From an uncultured bacterium (GTDB lineage: Bacteria; Patescibacteriota; Minisyncoccia; SW-4-49-11), in contig CALMJI010000014.1 in assembly GCA_937864235.1 (NCBI GenBank), positions 5,769-69,768 of the forward strand: DNA of 64,000 nucleotides, given 5' to 3'. The position numbers were made by a program, and so were the translations under genes. The stretch's first letter is position 1, and each line of letters starts with the position of its first letter. This document shows positions 1-9,682 of this stretch, piece by piece. The notes below the pieces were generated by a model, which saw nothing but the letters and a program-made list of their open reading frames with translations, searched no databases and had not been told where the DNA came from.

Positions 1-189
1 TATGTCTTAGAATTGTCTAGATTGTCTATATCTTGCATAATAGTTGGGCTACTGATGTCAAAATTAATAGCTCCAGCTATATGTCCTTGCTGATATTCTA
101 CTTCTGTCCTAACATCTAGCAAGACTTCATCTAATGTTAGATACTTAACGCTTTGTTGTAACTCCTCTATAGTTTGGATTGATTTCATA
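1..189 (-). CDS. Rhodanese-like (sulfurtransferase) domain protein, partial at window edge (MKSIQTIEELQQ...LLDVRTEVEYQQGHIAGAINFD)
   Basis: Manual reverse-complement translation from ATG at 187-189; rhodanese-like motif 'DVR..EY..GHI.GA.N'. Not in the ORF track because it is truncated. Confidence 0.4.
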
Positions 190-346
190 CCTTAATGTTG
201 ACTACTTGTATTATAATATGAATGGCTTATTGTTTCAAATAAACCTACTATTATACCGCTTAAATATTGACTTATTTTGATTTTATTGCTACTGTGCTAA
301 TAGGTATCCTTATCTGGGTACTGTCCTTTCACAATCAGAGGAAACC

Positions 347-1540
347 ATGCCTTCAAGATTCAAGGTGGAACAATTTCTGGAAAAAGCAGGGGTAAGACCT
401 AATATATTCTCTGCCGAACCTAGTTTCTATACTGGTTTTAACCATCTATTTACTCTTGGGTGGGGTGATGCTTATATCCAGGAAAAATTCTGTATTGATG
501 ATGAAGATTTGATACATATGTTTACACATGTCTTCCGAGCTTTTAGCGCTTGTATACAGGGCAATGACTATGCTGGGTTCAAAATTTTGAACTTTCATCG
601 TCTTTACAAGCTAATCAATGCCACCCAGATTATCAACTGGCAACGCATCAGAGCCAAGTACTTTGCAGATATTCACTATGAATTGCCACATCAGCTTTAC
701 GTGGCGATGCTTGGTGAGTCTAGGGCTTATAGCTCTGGATACTGGCCCAAAGGGATTACTACATTGGATGAATCCCAAGATGCCAAATTTGACTTAATCA
801 TCCGAAAACTTGATCTCAAAGCCGGAGACACTATCCTGGACTTTGGGTGTGGCGCAGGATCACTAGGTAGATATGCTGGAGAGCTTGGGATTAAAGTTGT
901 TGGCCTTAATATCTGCAAAGAACAGCTTGAATACGCTCGTAAACATAACGATCAAGAAGTGCCTGCAATATATCTGGACTTCAATCTAGTAACTCAGAGT
1001 GTAGCTGAGCTCAGGGATAAACTTAAGCCATATGGAATTACAGAGTTTGATGCTGTGACATTTGTTGGCTCAATTGAGCATGTAGGCTGGAAAAACTATG
1101 AAGACCTATTCAAGAAGCTCAATACTTTGCTTAAACCAGATGGGAGAATTCTTTGCCATACTATTGGCTCATATCAGCCTCTACCAGTGGCAGACCCCTA
1201 TATCATGACCAAGATATTCCCTGACTCACAGCTTGTAGTGACAAGTGAAATTACTCGGGCAACTGAAATATCTGGATTCAAACTGATGGATTGGCACAAT
1301 ATGGAAACAGATATTCATTCATATGCCAAGACACTGAGATGCTGGCTTCATAATTTTCAACAAAACTGGCCAAGTATCAAGCCATATATGCCTCATAAAG
1401 ACAAGGAGGCTTTTTACAGAGAGTGGGTATTTTACTTGATGCTCTGTATCGGTGGATTTGAAGCAGACAACTTCATTAATGTCGGACACTATCTGCTGCA
1501 AAAAATCAACAACACCAGTGGCATTAATATTATTAGGTAA
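347..1540 (+). CDS. cfa: Cyclopropane-fatty-acyl-phospholipid synthase family SAM-dependent methyltransferase
   Basis: 397 aa; SAM-binding motif 'ILDFGCGAGSLGRYAGELG' and overall length and architecture typical of CFA/mycolic-acid cyclopropane synthases. Confidence 0.6.
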   Translation: MPSRFKVEQFLEKAGVRPNIFSAEPSFYTGFNHLFTLGWGDAYIQEKFCIDDEDLIHMFTHVFRAFSACIQGNDYAGFKILNFHRLYKLINATQIINWQRIRAKYFADIHYELPHQLYVAMLGESRAYSSGYWPKGITTLDESQDAKFDLIIRKLDLKAGDTILDFGCGAGSLGRYAGELGIKVVGLNICKEQLEYARKHNDQEVPAIYLDFNLVTQSVAELRDKLKPYGITEFDAVTFVGSIEHVGWKNYEDLFKKLNTLLKPDGRILCHTIGSYQPLPVADPYIMTKIFPDSQLVVTSEITRATEISGFKLMDWHNMETDIHSYAKTLRCWLHNFQQNWPSIKPYMPHKDKEAFYREWVFYLMLCIGGFEADNFINVGHYLLQKINNTSGINIIR

Positions 1541-1557
1541 TTAAACCTATATTTCAA

Positions 1558-1590
1558 GGGGAGACTTCAAAGCTCCCCTTTTCATTTTAT
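1558..1590 (+). terminator. Rho-independent terminator after cfa-like gene
   Basis: GGGGAG/CTCCCC stem with a 9-nt loop followed by a T-tract (ggggagacttcaaagctcccctttt cattttat). Confidence 0.5.
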
Positions 1591-1658
1591 TATATTGTAA
1601 ATATACACAAAATATATTATAATATAGCGGTTGTTAAAAATTAAATACACTAAATTAT

Positions 1659-2018
1659 ATGAAAAATTTGGGTATAGAGATTGTGGGTGATCTCAAGGGT
1701 ATTGATAAGGGTTTTTTGGCTAATCTACAAACTGAGGAGCTAAAAATTCAAATTTCTGCTTTGATCAAAAAGCACGGTTTCAATGAACTTGGAGATTATT
1801 ATCATTCTTTTGAACCTGGTATTACCGGAGCGGTGGTCTTAGCTGAATCCCATATTGCTTTTCATACTTGGCCTGAATTTGGTTATGTGAGTTTGAATGT
1901 TTTTACCTGTAATTATACTAAGGATAATGATGAGAATGCCAAAAGTCTATTTGATGAAATAGCTAAAATATTCCAAGCTACTGAAATTGACAAACAAATT
2001 GTAATTAGAAATCATTAG
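1659..2018 (+). CDS. speH: S-adenosylmethionine decarboxylase proenzyme (small, pyruvoyl-dependent SpeH type)
   Basis: 119 aa; self-processing motif 'LAESHIAFHTWPE' characteristic of class 1 AdoMetDC. Confidence 0.7.
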   Translation: MKNLGIEIVGDLKGIDKGFLANLQTEELKIQISALIKKHGFNELGDYYHSFEPGITGAVVLAESHIAFHTWPEFGYVSLNVFTCNYTKDNDENAKSLFDEIAKIFQATEIDKQIVIRNH

Positions 2019-2021
2019 AAA

Positions 2022-2440
2022 AATTAAAATCCCCCCGAGCATAGCTGGGGGGATGAGTGTTGGGGGGGGGCTCAGATGATGTCTCCAGACACCTGAGCTG
2101 GTGAGGAGGGAATTTTGGGGGATGTTGGATCAGCCCCCATAAGGGCTGATAAAGACATCGCCATGATAGCGACGGACATACCTCCGACAAGGAGGTTTCC
2201 CCAAAAACTGGAAGGGGGGCGAGAGGGGCGTGACCCGATGGCCACTATCTGGCCATTGGGTTTTTTTACTTGACCCCGTCCCTGTACCTTTCTCCTAGAG
2301 GATGAGTTAGACGGGAGCCGAGGCTCCGTCTGGACTCGGAGCACATGCTCTGGGTCACTCACACTTGTGAGGAAAGGGGGAAGTTGGACTTGATCCCTAG
2401 AAGGGGGAATGGTGAAAGAAATGCCTTCTGACATCAGTGT
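2022..2440. other. About 420-bp GC-rich, hairpin-dense non-coding element between speH and alr; possible structured ncRNA, or a large member or relative of the GC-rich repeat class
   Basis: Sharp compositional island in an AT-rich genome. It contains many short GC stems (ccccccgagcat/agctgggggg; cagccc..gggctg; tggcca..tggcca; gacgggagcc..ggctccgtc; cccctagaaggggg). The only ORF is a P/S/R-rich antisense reading frame (2072..2434). Confidence 0.45.
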
Positions 2441-2575
2441 AAAAAGAGCAAATTACCATTATCATATATACCACAAAATTATAATTTTGTCAAGTTATGA
2501 TAACACAAAGTTTATGCTTTTATTGCATATTTTATTAAAAAGTTTATACTAATACTATATATATTAATAATTGTT

Positions 2576-3721
2576 ATGAATTTTGGGGCAATAATTCGCA
2601 AAGTTAAATCTAGGGTTTTACCGCTTAATCTCCCCTCTTTGATTACTATTTATGTTGATAAAAGTGCTATTTTGGATAATCTAGCAGCTTATAGACAGGC
2701 TTATCCTGAGCTAGAATTTGCCCCTGTACTCAAAAGTAATACCTATGGTCATAGTTTGGTGCCTGTAGCGAGGATTTTAAACTCTCAGCGACTTCCCTTT
2801 TTAATTGTAGATTCTTATTATGAGGCGAGGTTGTTGCGTGATAATAATATTAAGACCCCGATTCTGATTATTGGGTATGTAGAGCCTCAGATTATGCTAA
2901 GGTCTAGATTAGCTAAAATTAGCTTCTGTATTACTAGCCTAGAGCAATTACAGCAAATTGCTGGGTCTAGTAGAAAGCTAAATCTTCACCTCAAAATTGA
3001 TACAGGTATGCATAGACAGGGAGTGTTAATCTCTCAATTGGAGCAGGTGATTCAAATTCTCAAAGATAATAACAATCTAAATCTAGAAGGGATCTCCTCT
3101 CATCTGTCTGATGCGGATAATATTGAGAGCAAATCTGTATCCAAGCAACTCAAAAATTGGACTAAAGCTCGGGATATAATGCAACAAAATTTCCCAACTA
3201 TCACCTACTCTCATATCTCAGCTACAGCTGGAGTTTTGCATACTGATGATAATATTCATAATTTAGCTAGATTGGGATTGGGTTTATATGGTATTAGCCC
3301 AGCTGACAATACTAAAATAAATCTCAAGCCCGCTCTATCTATGCAGACTATAATCAGCGGGGTTAAAAAGATTTCTAAAGGTGATACTGTTGGCTATAAT
3401 AATACTTTTGTCGCTCCCCGAGATATGCTAATCGCTATCATCCCAGCTGGTTATGCCGAAGGTGTAGATAGACGACTGTCTAACAGAGGTCAAGTAGAGG
3501 TCAATGGTATTCTCTGCCCTATTATTGGCAGAGTTAGTATGAATATTACCACCATAGATGTCTCGGCTGTACCAGCAGTCAAACTAGGAGACACCGTCAC
3601 CATAATTAGTGATGACAATGCCTCCCCGATTTCAATTAGCAATATTGCCACAACCTGCCAGACTATCCCCTATGAAATTCTAGTCCATATTCCCGCCCAT
3701 CTCCGGCGAGTGATTAGGTAG
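2576..3721 (+). CDS. alr: Alanine racemase
   Basis: PLP-lysine region 'VLKSNTYGHSL', C-terminal 'GRVSMNITTIDVS'; 381 aa. Confidence 0.75.
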   Translation: MNFGAIIRKVKSRVLPLNLPSLITIYVDKSAILDNLAAYRQAYPELEFAPVLKSNTYGHSLVPVARILNSQRLPFLIVDSYYEARLLRDNNIKTPILIIGYVEPQIMLRSRLAKISFCITSLEQLQQIAGSSRKLNLHLKIDTGMHRQGVLISQLEQVIQILKDNNNLNLEGISSHLSDADNIESKSVSKQLKNWTKARDIMQQNFPTITYSHISATAGVLHTDDNIHNLARLGLGLYGISPADNTKINLKPALSMQTIISGVKKISKGDTVGYNNTFVAPRDMLIAIIPAGYAEGVDRRLSNRGQVEVNGILCPIIGRVSMNITTIDVSAVPAVKLGDTVTIISDDNASPISISNIATTCQTIPYEILVHIPAHLRRVIR

Positions 3722-3730
3722 TATTTGAGA

Positions 3731-4111
3731 TTATTTAGATAAATTGAGTTCTAGCTCTTTGAGCATTAGTGGATTTAGAATTGATTCTTTGATGCATTTT
3801 GCAATAAATTCTTCTAGCAAATTAGTTCCTCTGCTGGTGAGGCTATATATTTTCCAATTTGGTCCTGAGGGATTATGTTTGTCCTCATAAGTGACAAGAC
3901 CAGATTCATATAATTTTCTCAGGGCTCTATATAGACTCATTCTATCTATTTGGAAGTTTTGCTGACTGTATCTGACCATAAACTCTTCCATCTCCTCTAC
4001 TTTTTTTGGCTTAGATTTTAGGCTAAATAATATCCAAAAAGTGGACATACTTTTCATAAAAACTTGTTTCCAACCATTGAATAATTGTTGCTCTTGTTTT
4101 GATAATTCCAT
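3731..4111 (-). CDS. PadR family transcriptional regulator
   Basis: Winged-HTH signature 'SLYRALRKLYESGLVTYEDK...KIYSLTSRGTNLL'. Confidence 0.55.
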   Translation of the reverse strand: MELSKQEQQLFNGWKQVFMKSMSTFWILFSLKSKPKKVEEMEEFMVRYSQQNFQIDRMSLYRALRKLYESGLVTYEDKHNPSGPNWKIYSLTSRGTNLLEEFIAKCIKESILNPLMLKELELNLSK

Positions 4112-4123
4112 ATTATAGTTAAT

Positions 4124-5023
4124 TTATTTGAAGAACACTTCTGATTTTTTGGACTCTAAAGCTCTTTCTAAGAAAACTTTTTGGAATTCTGCTGGATTAT
4201 TTCCCTTTTTGTACCAGACATACAGTGAACAAGAGACTATAATAGAAGCTAAAACTCTATAGAATAATACTGCCACTATTGCTAACATAAAGGATAATAT
4301 ACCAAATATCATATAATTATTCCAAAGTGTAATAATCCAATTACCCTCGAGTCCTGGAGTGTTGATAATAGCTGTATTAACATCTAAAGCATAGAATATT
4401 ATAAACCCTCCTGCTAATAAAATAATCAAATAAAGTAATAAGACTGCTATTGAAGCTATGGTTAAATAGGCTTGAGAGAATACAGCATAACCTGCAGTTT
4501 TATTAAACATATCTTTATTGTCTTGCAAAGTTTGTTTGAGAGATTTATCTGGATTATCTAGTACAGTGGCTGGGATAAGTGAAGTAATAGCTGGGACAGT
4601 CATACCATATACCCCACCCAATACTCCTGGTAGCAAGTTTGCCAATGTATCTAACCCGAAGCTAAGCCCTGTATATGTCATAACTTTTGGGAATATATTA
4701 CTTTTTTGAGATTTATGATTATAATACTTTAATAAAGTTCTAGTAATTATAAATTCAAAATAGTGACTAATAAAAGTTCCCCAGATAATGGATATGATCA
4801 AAGCGATAATAGTAATGATGGAAAAACTTCCATTCCAATTACCAGCAAAAAATGCATCTATATCTGCACTAGAATATTGAGATATAATCCAACCCCATAA
4901 AGCTATGATTGGGACTAACATCAGAGTAAAGAAAAATATTGCTTGTAGTATAATACGAGGATTATCTTTGATAGTTTGTAAAGTGGCTTTACTAATTAGA
5001 CTAACCTTGGTGAAGTTGTTCAT
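4124..5023 (-). CDS. Polytopic membrane protein of unknown function (likely co-transcribed with PadR)
   Basis: 299 aa with multiple hydrophobic helices; 12 nt downstream of the PadR gene on the same strand. Confidence 0.4.
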   Translation of the reverse strand: MNNFTKVSLISKATLQTIKDNPRIILQAIFFFTLMLVPIIALWGWIISQYSSADIDAFFAGNWNGSFSIITIIALIISIIWGTFISHYFEFIITRTLLKYYNHKSQKSNIFPKVMTYTGLSFGLDTLANLLPGVLGGVYGMTVPAITSLIPATVLDNPDKSLKQTLQDNKDMFNKTAGYAVFSQAYLTIASIAVLLLYLIILLAGGFIIFYALDVNTAIINTPGLEGNWIITLWNNYMIFGILSFMLAIVAVLFYRVLASIIVSCSLYVWYKKGNNPAEFQKVFLERALESKKSEVFFK

Positions 5024-5103
5024 AATAGATAAACTTAATTATTATACATATAGTATAATACATCTGGTAAATTTTGTCAAGGGGATCTCAAAAGGATTGA
5101 GTT

Positions 5104-5325
5104 GTGAGTGGATTTATGGTATTGTGTAAGGGTTGTAAATTCCTTCTAAACATGGATGATTCTAATTTTGTTTTACTTGGTGAATTTACCCCTGAAGAAG
5201 CTCAGGATATAGCTATTACTTGGGATTCTTTCAAGCAAGATCCTCCTATAAATGGTTTAGTTGCAATATATGTATGCCCAGAAGAAAAAGCTTGGAGAGA
5301 AACCCAGCGTTCATCTGACATCTAA
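5104..5325 (+). CDS. Hypothetical small protein
   Basis: 73-aa ORF followed by a GC hairpin plus T-tract; no recognisable motif. Confidence 0.2.
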   Translation: MSGFMVLCKGCKFLLNMDDSNFVLLGEFTPEEAQDIAITWDSFKQDPPINGLVAIYVCPEEKAWRETQRSSDI

Positions 5326-5355
5326 AAATCTTTACCAAATCAAATTCGCCCAACC

Positions 5356-5392
5356 CAGCCCCGGAGCAAATTCGGGGTTGCTAACTTTTTAT
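5356..5392 (+). terminator. Putative intrinsic terminator
   Basis: ccccgg/tcgggg stem with a 7-nt loop, followed by ttgctaacttttta. Confidence 0.35.
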
Positions 5393-5455
5393 TAGACAAA
5401 AGTTTATAGGTTATGATATATTATTTATATGTGAAATTAATAAATAATTAAATTT

Positions 5456-6283
5456 ATGAATGATAATAAAAAAACTTCTAAGTCTAATAATACTCCTATA
5501 GTTCTTGCTTTAATTATAATACCTATCCTATTTATATTCGGGACAATGATGATTATAGCTATTGTAATGACTACTAATAGACCTACTCTAAAATTAACAT
5601 TATCTGAGCCTACTAATATTACAGATGCTTCTGCTGACTTTAGTGTAAGTATTGAGGGAGATAAAGATAAAATTCAGAAAAAAGGTTTTGCCTATGGAAC
5701 ATCTAGTAATCCTGAGGTAAAAGCTTCTTCTGGACAAACTAATCCATTTTATGACTTTTTTAATGGTTATAGTTATTCTAACTTAACAGGAACCTATGTG
5801 GAGACTTTTGAAAATCAAAATAATACTACAGCTACTGATTTAATCCCTGAGACTAAATACTATGTAAGAGCCTATGCTGTGACTGGTTCTGGAATTACTT
5901 ATAGTAATGAATTATCTTTTACGACTAAGAAAAGGGTATCTTCAGCAAATGACGATATAAGAAGAAGTGATGTGAGCTTTATTTTAGATTTAGTAATAAA
6001 TTTAAAAAGAGATAGGCCTGATATTTTTAATAATAGAAATGGGTTAGTAAAAAATATAAGAACTAGTGGTTATGGAGATTGCTATTCTTCTACAATAAGA
6101 GATGCTGATTCTTTATTATATTTTGAATTAGTAGAAAGATTGGGATACTCATTACCTAGCGATCCTAACGCAAAGTCGAGTGGATGTTCAGATTACGGGA
6201 TAACTGTAAGCTCCAACAATATTACTATAACGGCTCCTAATGCAGAATATGGACCTATATCTGTATCATCTGATAGAAGATAA
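5456..6283 (+). CDS. Hypothetical membrane-anchored or secreted protein with FN3-like beta-sandwich segment
   Basis: N-terminal TM helix; segment 'TKYYVRAYAVTGSGITYSNELSFTT' resembles fibronectin-III-like domain ends. Confidence 0.3.
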   Translation: MNDNKKTSKSNNTPIVLALIIIPILFIFGTMMIIAIVMTTNRPTLKLTLSEPTNITDASADFSVSIEGDKDKIQKKGFAYGTSSNPEVKASSGQTNPFYDFFNGYSYSNLTGTYVETFENQNNTTATDLIPETKYYVRAYAVTGSGITYSNELSFTTKKRVSSANDDIRRSDVSFILDLVINLKRDRPDIFNNRNGLVKNIRTSGYGDCYSSTIRDADSLLYFELVERLGYSLPSDPNAKSSGCSDYGITVSSNNITITAPNAEYGPISVSSDRR

Positions 6284-6359
6284 ATTATCCACATTGACTT
6301 TTTTATAAATATTTCTTATACTTAATTTAGTACTATTATAAAAAATTAATATTAAACTT

Positions 6360-6899
6360 ATGTTTGAAGAATTTAGTCCAAGATTTGAATCAGCTTTCAG
6401 AACCTTTTTAATGATTTGGGTTGTAGGCTGGGCAGCTGTAAATGGATTTAGTGCACTTGGTAGTTATGCTCAGTTTAGTGTATCTAATTATTCTGGTGAT
6501 GCACAATTATTGGAATGGTGGTTCAAAATTATAGTTTCTATTTTAGCCTTAACTTTGGGTATAGTCTTATTATTCTGGTCATCTAATGTTCCTAATAGAA
6601 TTAAAAAATTAAGGCCAATTAATAATATTTCTCTATTTATTGGATTAACTATAGTGTACTATCTATTTCCTACAGTTGCCAATATCTTAGTTGATCTTGC
6701 TTTTAATACAGATAGCACTTCTGCTTTACAGTTATTCGTATTTCAGACAGCTTGGTTATTTCCTAGTATTATTGTCTTAGTTTTTCATATGTTGTATTAT
6801 GTGAACATAAACAAATATAATGAAATGTTGGAAGAGTCTCAAAATCAAACACAAAATCAAAACTCTAATCCTATTCAAGATAATATTGCAGTAGAATAA
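6360..6899 (+). CDS. Hypothetical integral membrane protein
   Basis: 179 aa, four or more hydrophobic helices, Q/N-rich C-terminal tail. Confidence 0.3.
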   Translation: MFEEFSPRFESAFRTFLMIWVVGWAAVNGFSALGSYAQFSVSNYSGDAQLLEWWFKIIVSILALTLGIVLLFWSSNVPNRIKKLRPINNISLFIGLTIVYYLFPTVANILVDLAFNTDSTSALQLFVFQTAWLFPSIIVLVFHMLYYVNINKYNEMLEESQNQTQNQNSNPIQDNIAVE

Positions 6900-6916
6900 T
6901 ATTATAAAAAATTAAT

Positions 6917-7717
6917 ATGAGCAAATTAGTATCCGGTAAGTTAAAGTTTGTACTTGGTATTCCTGTAGCACTTATAGTATTATGGTTGTTAGCATCTCTT
7001 TATTTAACAAGCCAATCTACTGTATTGATCTTTAATAATACAGTAAGTTGGGCTCCTGTTCCTAACTTTGGTTATAAATTAGAGTTTTTGAGAGATTCTA
7101 AAGATAGAGCTATATCTGTCTGGACATTTGATAACCCTCAATCTAATAAAACTATACTTTATTTACACGGAAATTCTGGTAGAATTAATGACTTTTTTGT
7201 TGATTTAAAAAAATATGGGAATGTAGTCTCTCCTGCTTACCCTGGATATCATGAATCAGAGGGTACTCCTGATACTGAGGGAGTGTATGAGGCTGCTTTA
7301 TTAGCCTACGATGATTTGGTCAAAAATAAAGGTGTTAGCCCAAAAAGTATAGTTATTATGGGACATTCTATGGGAGGATCTCCTGCTGTATATGTAGCCA
7401 GCCAAAGGCCAGAAGCTAAAAAATTAATTTTGATCAATACCTTTAGTAGTATAAAAAGTATGTGTGAGAGGCAGTATTCTATACTTTGTGGATTTACTGG
7501 TGATATTCTTCCTACTACGACTTATGCTACAAAAGTTACTATCCCTGTAAGACAATTTGTCTATAAAGGAGACCTTAGCGTACCACCAGCAGAAGGTAAA
7601 AAATTATTTGAAAACTTCACCTCAAGTAATGATAAAGTTATTGTGGAGTTAGATAAATATACTCATACTTATCCTGATTTAAATGAAGTTTTTGCTCAAG
7701 CTGGAGAAGCTAATTAA
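6917..7717 (+). CDS. Alpha/beta hydrolase (serine hydrolase)
   Basis: Nucleophile elbow 'IMGHSMGGSPA' (GxSxG); N-terminal TM anchor. Confidence 0.55.
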   Translation: MSKLVSGKLKFVLGIPVALIVLWLLASLYLTSQSTVLIFNNTVSWAPVPNFGYKLEFLRDSKDRAISVWTFDNPQSNKTILYLHGNSGRINDFFVDLKKYGNVVSPAYPGYHESEGTPDTEGVYEAALLAYDDLVKNKGVSPKSIVIMGHSMGGSPAVYVASQRPEAKKLILINTFSSIKSMCERQYSILCGFTGDILPTTTYATKVTIPVRQFVYKGDLSVPPAEGKKLFENFTSSNDKVIVELDKYTHTYPDLNEVFAQAGEAN

Positions 7718-7719
7718 AC

Positions 7720-8385
7720 TTACTTTCCTAACAATTTTTGTTCACTGAGTTTGCGATATGTTCCTTCGGGCATATCGTTTAACTCTATATTACCTATTCT
7801 AATTCTGAGTAAATCTATTACATTATATTTGAGAGACTTCGCCATTCTTCTAATTTGTCTGTTTTTGCCTTCTATTAGAGTGATTTTGACAATATCCTCA
7901 GCTAGTCTTTTGACTCGGCAAGGTTTTGTATAATAGCCTGTATCTAATTTGACCCCATCTCTTAATTTAGCTATATCATTATTGGATATTGATCTATTTA
8001 AGGTAACTATATATTCTTTTTCTAATCTAAGCTCTGGATTTAGGATTTTTTTGGTAATTCTACCATCATTGGTGAGTATGATGAGACCTCGAGAATCTTT
8101 ATCTAATCTTCCGACTGGGAATACATCTGAGTCAAAATTTGTAATATTTTGTATAGACTGCTCACCTGCTTGTGGACTGTGGGTGACTATTCCCATTGGT
8201 TTGTGATAAGCATAATATACATAGTTTTTATGATAACCCACTACTTCTACCTTGTCCTCATCACTGACATCTAAACCTAGTGTAGCTATTTTGCCATTAA
8301 CTAAAATTTTGCCTTCTTGAATTAATTTATCTGCTTCTCGTCTTGAGCAGATGTCTTGGCTTGCTAAATACTTATTGATCCTCAT
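7720..8385 (-). CDS. rRNA pseudouridine synthase, RsuA/RluB family
   Basis: N-terminal S4 domain 'MRINKYLASQDICSRREADKLIQEGKILVNG' and catalytic 'VGRLDKDSRGLIILTNDG'. Confidence 0.7.
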   Translation of the reverse strand: MRINKYLASQDICSRREADKLIQEGKILVNGKIATLGLDVSDEDKVEVVGYHKNYVYYAYHKPMGIVTHSPQAGEQSIQNITNFDSDVFPVGRLDKDSRGLIILTNDGRITKKILNPELRLEKEYIVTLNRSISNNDIAKLRDGVKLDTGYYTKPCRVKRLAEDIVKITLIEGKNRQIRRMAKSLKYNVIDLLRIRIGNIELNDMPEGTYRKLSEQKLLGK

Positions 8386-8448
8386 AAAAATACTGCTTAT
8401 ATGCCCAATACTAGCATATTTTGTGATTTATAGTAAGGGTATATACTA

Positions 8449-8645
8449 GATGAGGTAATTGTCGACAAAAGGGATTATATACATTACTATACTAATAACA
8501 GTAAATTGGGTGGTAATTGTCCTCCTTTGCCTGCCTGCGGTAGGCAGTGAGGAGGTGGCACAGAGTGCCGGAGGTGGATAGATTTCTAGTTTATGTTTTA
8601 TCCACCCCCGCCTTTCAGGCTTCCCCCTCCGAAGGGGGACAAAAC
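8449..8645. repeat. GC-rich modular hairpin repeat, copy R1 (carries the AT-rich 5' leader 'gatgaggtaatYgtcgacaaaagRgat')
   Basis: Shares the leader and the modules gtcctcc..aggaggtggcac, ggcacagagtgccgg, ggaggtggat..atccaccc and cccctccgaagggggac with the copies at 44676 and 48925. Confidence 0.6.
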
Positions 8646-8774
8646 TAATATTTTTTTGTCACAACCACTCAAGCAAATATAATGTCCACTTACGTAACTC
8701 GTAAATTGTCTACGATCCTTCTTATCTTATTCAGGGTATGATATAATATAAAAGTTATAAATAAACATAAATCT

Positions 8775-9614
8775 ATGCAGATTGAACCTGGAACTTCTCC
8801 AAAACATCGTTATGAGTTAATAAAATCTACTCTACTGGTCATTATTGGGGCTCTGATTACTATTACTGTAATCTATGGGATTGACTATTTTAGCCCGAAA
8901 GCAGAACCTGATCCTATAGCAGTAGTGGAACCAGTATCTCAAACAGAGCCTGTTGTGGAAGAAAAATCTACTCCTACTACCACCCCTACTCCAGAAGCTC
9001 CTAAAGAAAAAGTTTATTCTCAAGATGAACTGAATAAAATATTCGAGATGGATAAGAAAAAACCTGGTACTAAATTATTCTATTCTGATAAACTTGGGGT
9101 TGGGTTTACTTATGCTCCAAGAAAAGATTTTCCCGAACTAACTCCTGATACTGTAACAGAAATAGACAATATAATTTATTTATCTGAAAAGGAATCCGCT
9201 ACCCCTTCTAAATTAAAAGAAGGTTATGGGTTAAGTTTAGAAGTATTTACAAAAGACCCTAAAGATACTCTTGATCAGGCTGTTACCAAAGAGTTCTTAG
9301 CTGGAGCTGATTCTAAAAATTGTTTTATTGTTTCACAAAAAGACTCTAAGATTCCTTATGCTAAGAATGGTCCATTTGTTATTTCTGAGATTGGTTATCC
9401 ACCATCAGAGGACAGTGCTATTGTTGGAGATAAGTGTCCCCTCAAAGCTCAGCCGTACGCTCAAACAAATGCTGCTCAATTTTTCTTTGCTGAGAAAAAA
9501 GATTCATCTCAATATGGATTTTTAGGTCTAGGACAAGGAGCTTTTACTGCTGATTCCGGAATTAATGGAGATAATGTTGGGTCTTGGACCGACACTATCC
9601 GCTTCTTAAAATAA
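8775..9614 (+). CDS. Hypothetical secreted or membrane-anchored protein
   Basis: N-terminal TM helix, then a P/T/E-rich linker; no recognisable catalytic motif. Confidence 0.3.
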   Translation: MQIEPGTSPKHRYELIKSTLLVIIGALITITVIYGIDYFSPKAEPDPIAVVEPVSQTEPVVEEKSTPTTTPTPEAPKEKVYSQDELNKIFEMDKKKPGTKLFYSDKLGVGFTYAPRKDFPELTPDTVTEIDNIIYLSEKESATPSKLKEGYGLSLEVFTKDPKDTLDQAVTKEFLAGADSKNCFIVSQKDSKIPYAKNGPFVISEIGYPPSEDSAIVGDKCPLKAQPYAQTNAAQFFFAEKKDSSQYGFLGLGQGAFTADSGINGDNVGSWTDTIRFLK

Positions 9615-9626
9615 ATCTTGCCTAAT

Positions 9627-9660
9627 AAAAAGAGGGAGCGAACCACTCCCCTTTTTTATT
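9627..9660. terminator. Bidirectional intrinsic terminator between convergent genes
   Basis: A-tract, then gggag..ctccc hairpin, then T-tract (aaaaagagggagcgaaccactcccctttttt). Confidence 0.45.
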
Positions 9661-9682
9661 TTGATTTATAAAGTTAAATTTT

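Noticed and set aside
2072-2434. 120-aa minus-strand ORF (P/S/R-rich) inside the GC-rich element
   Set aside because: Its composition mirrors the GC-rich non-coding element, it has no motifs, and it is antisense to nothing coding. It is almost certainly a spurious ORF produced by local GC richness.
2022-2440. Attempted identification of the GC island as RNase P RNA, tmRNA or SRP RNA
   Set aside because: By eye, on either strand, I could not find the P4 (GGAAAGUCCGG / ACAGAAnCCGGCUUA) signature, the tmRNA T-arm/tag reading frame, or the SRP domain IV GGAA/AGCA signature. It is left as unclassified and needs a covariance-model search.
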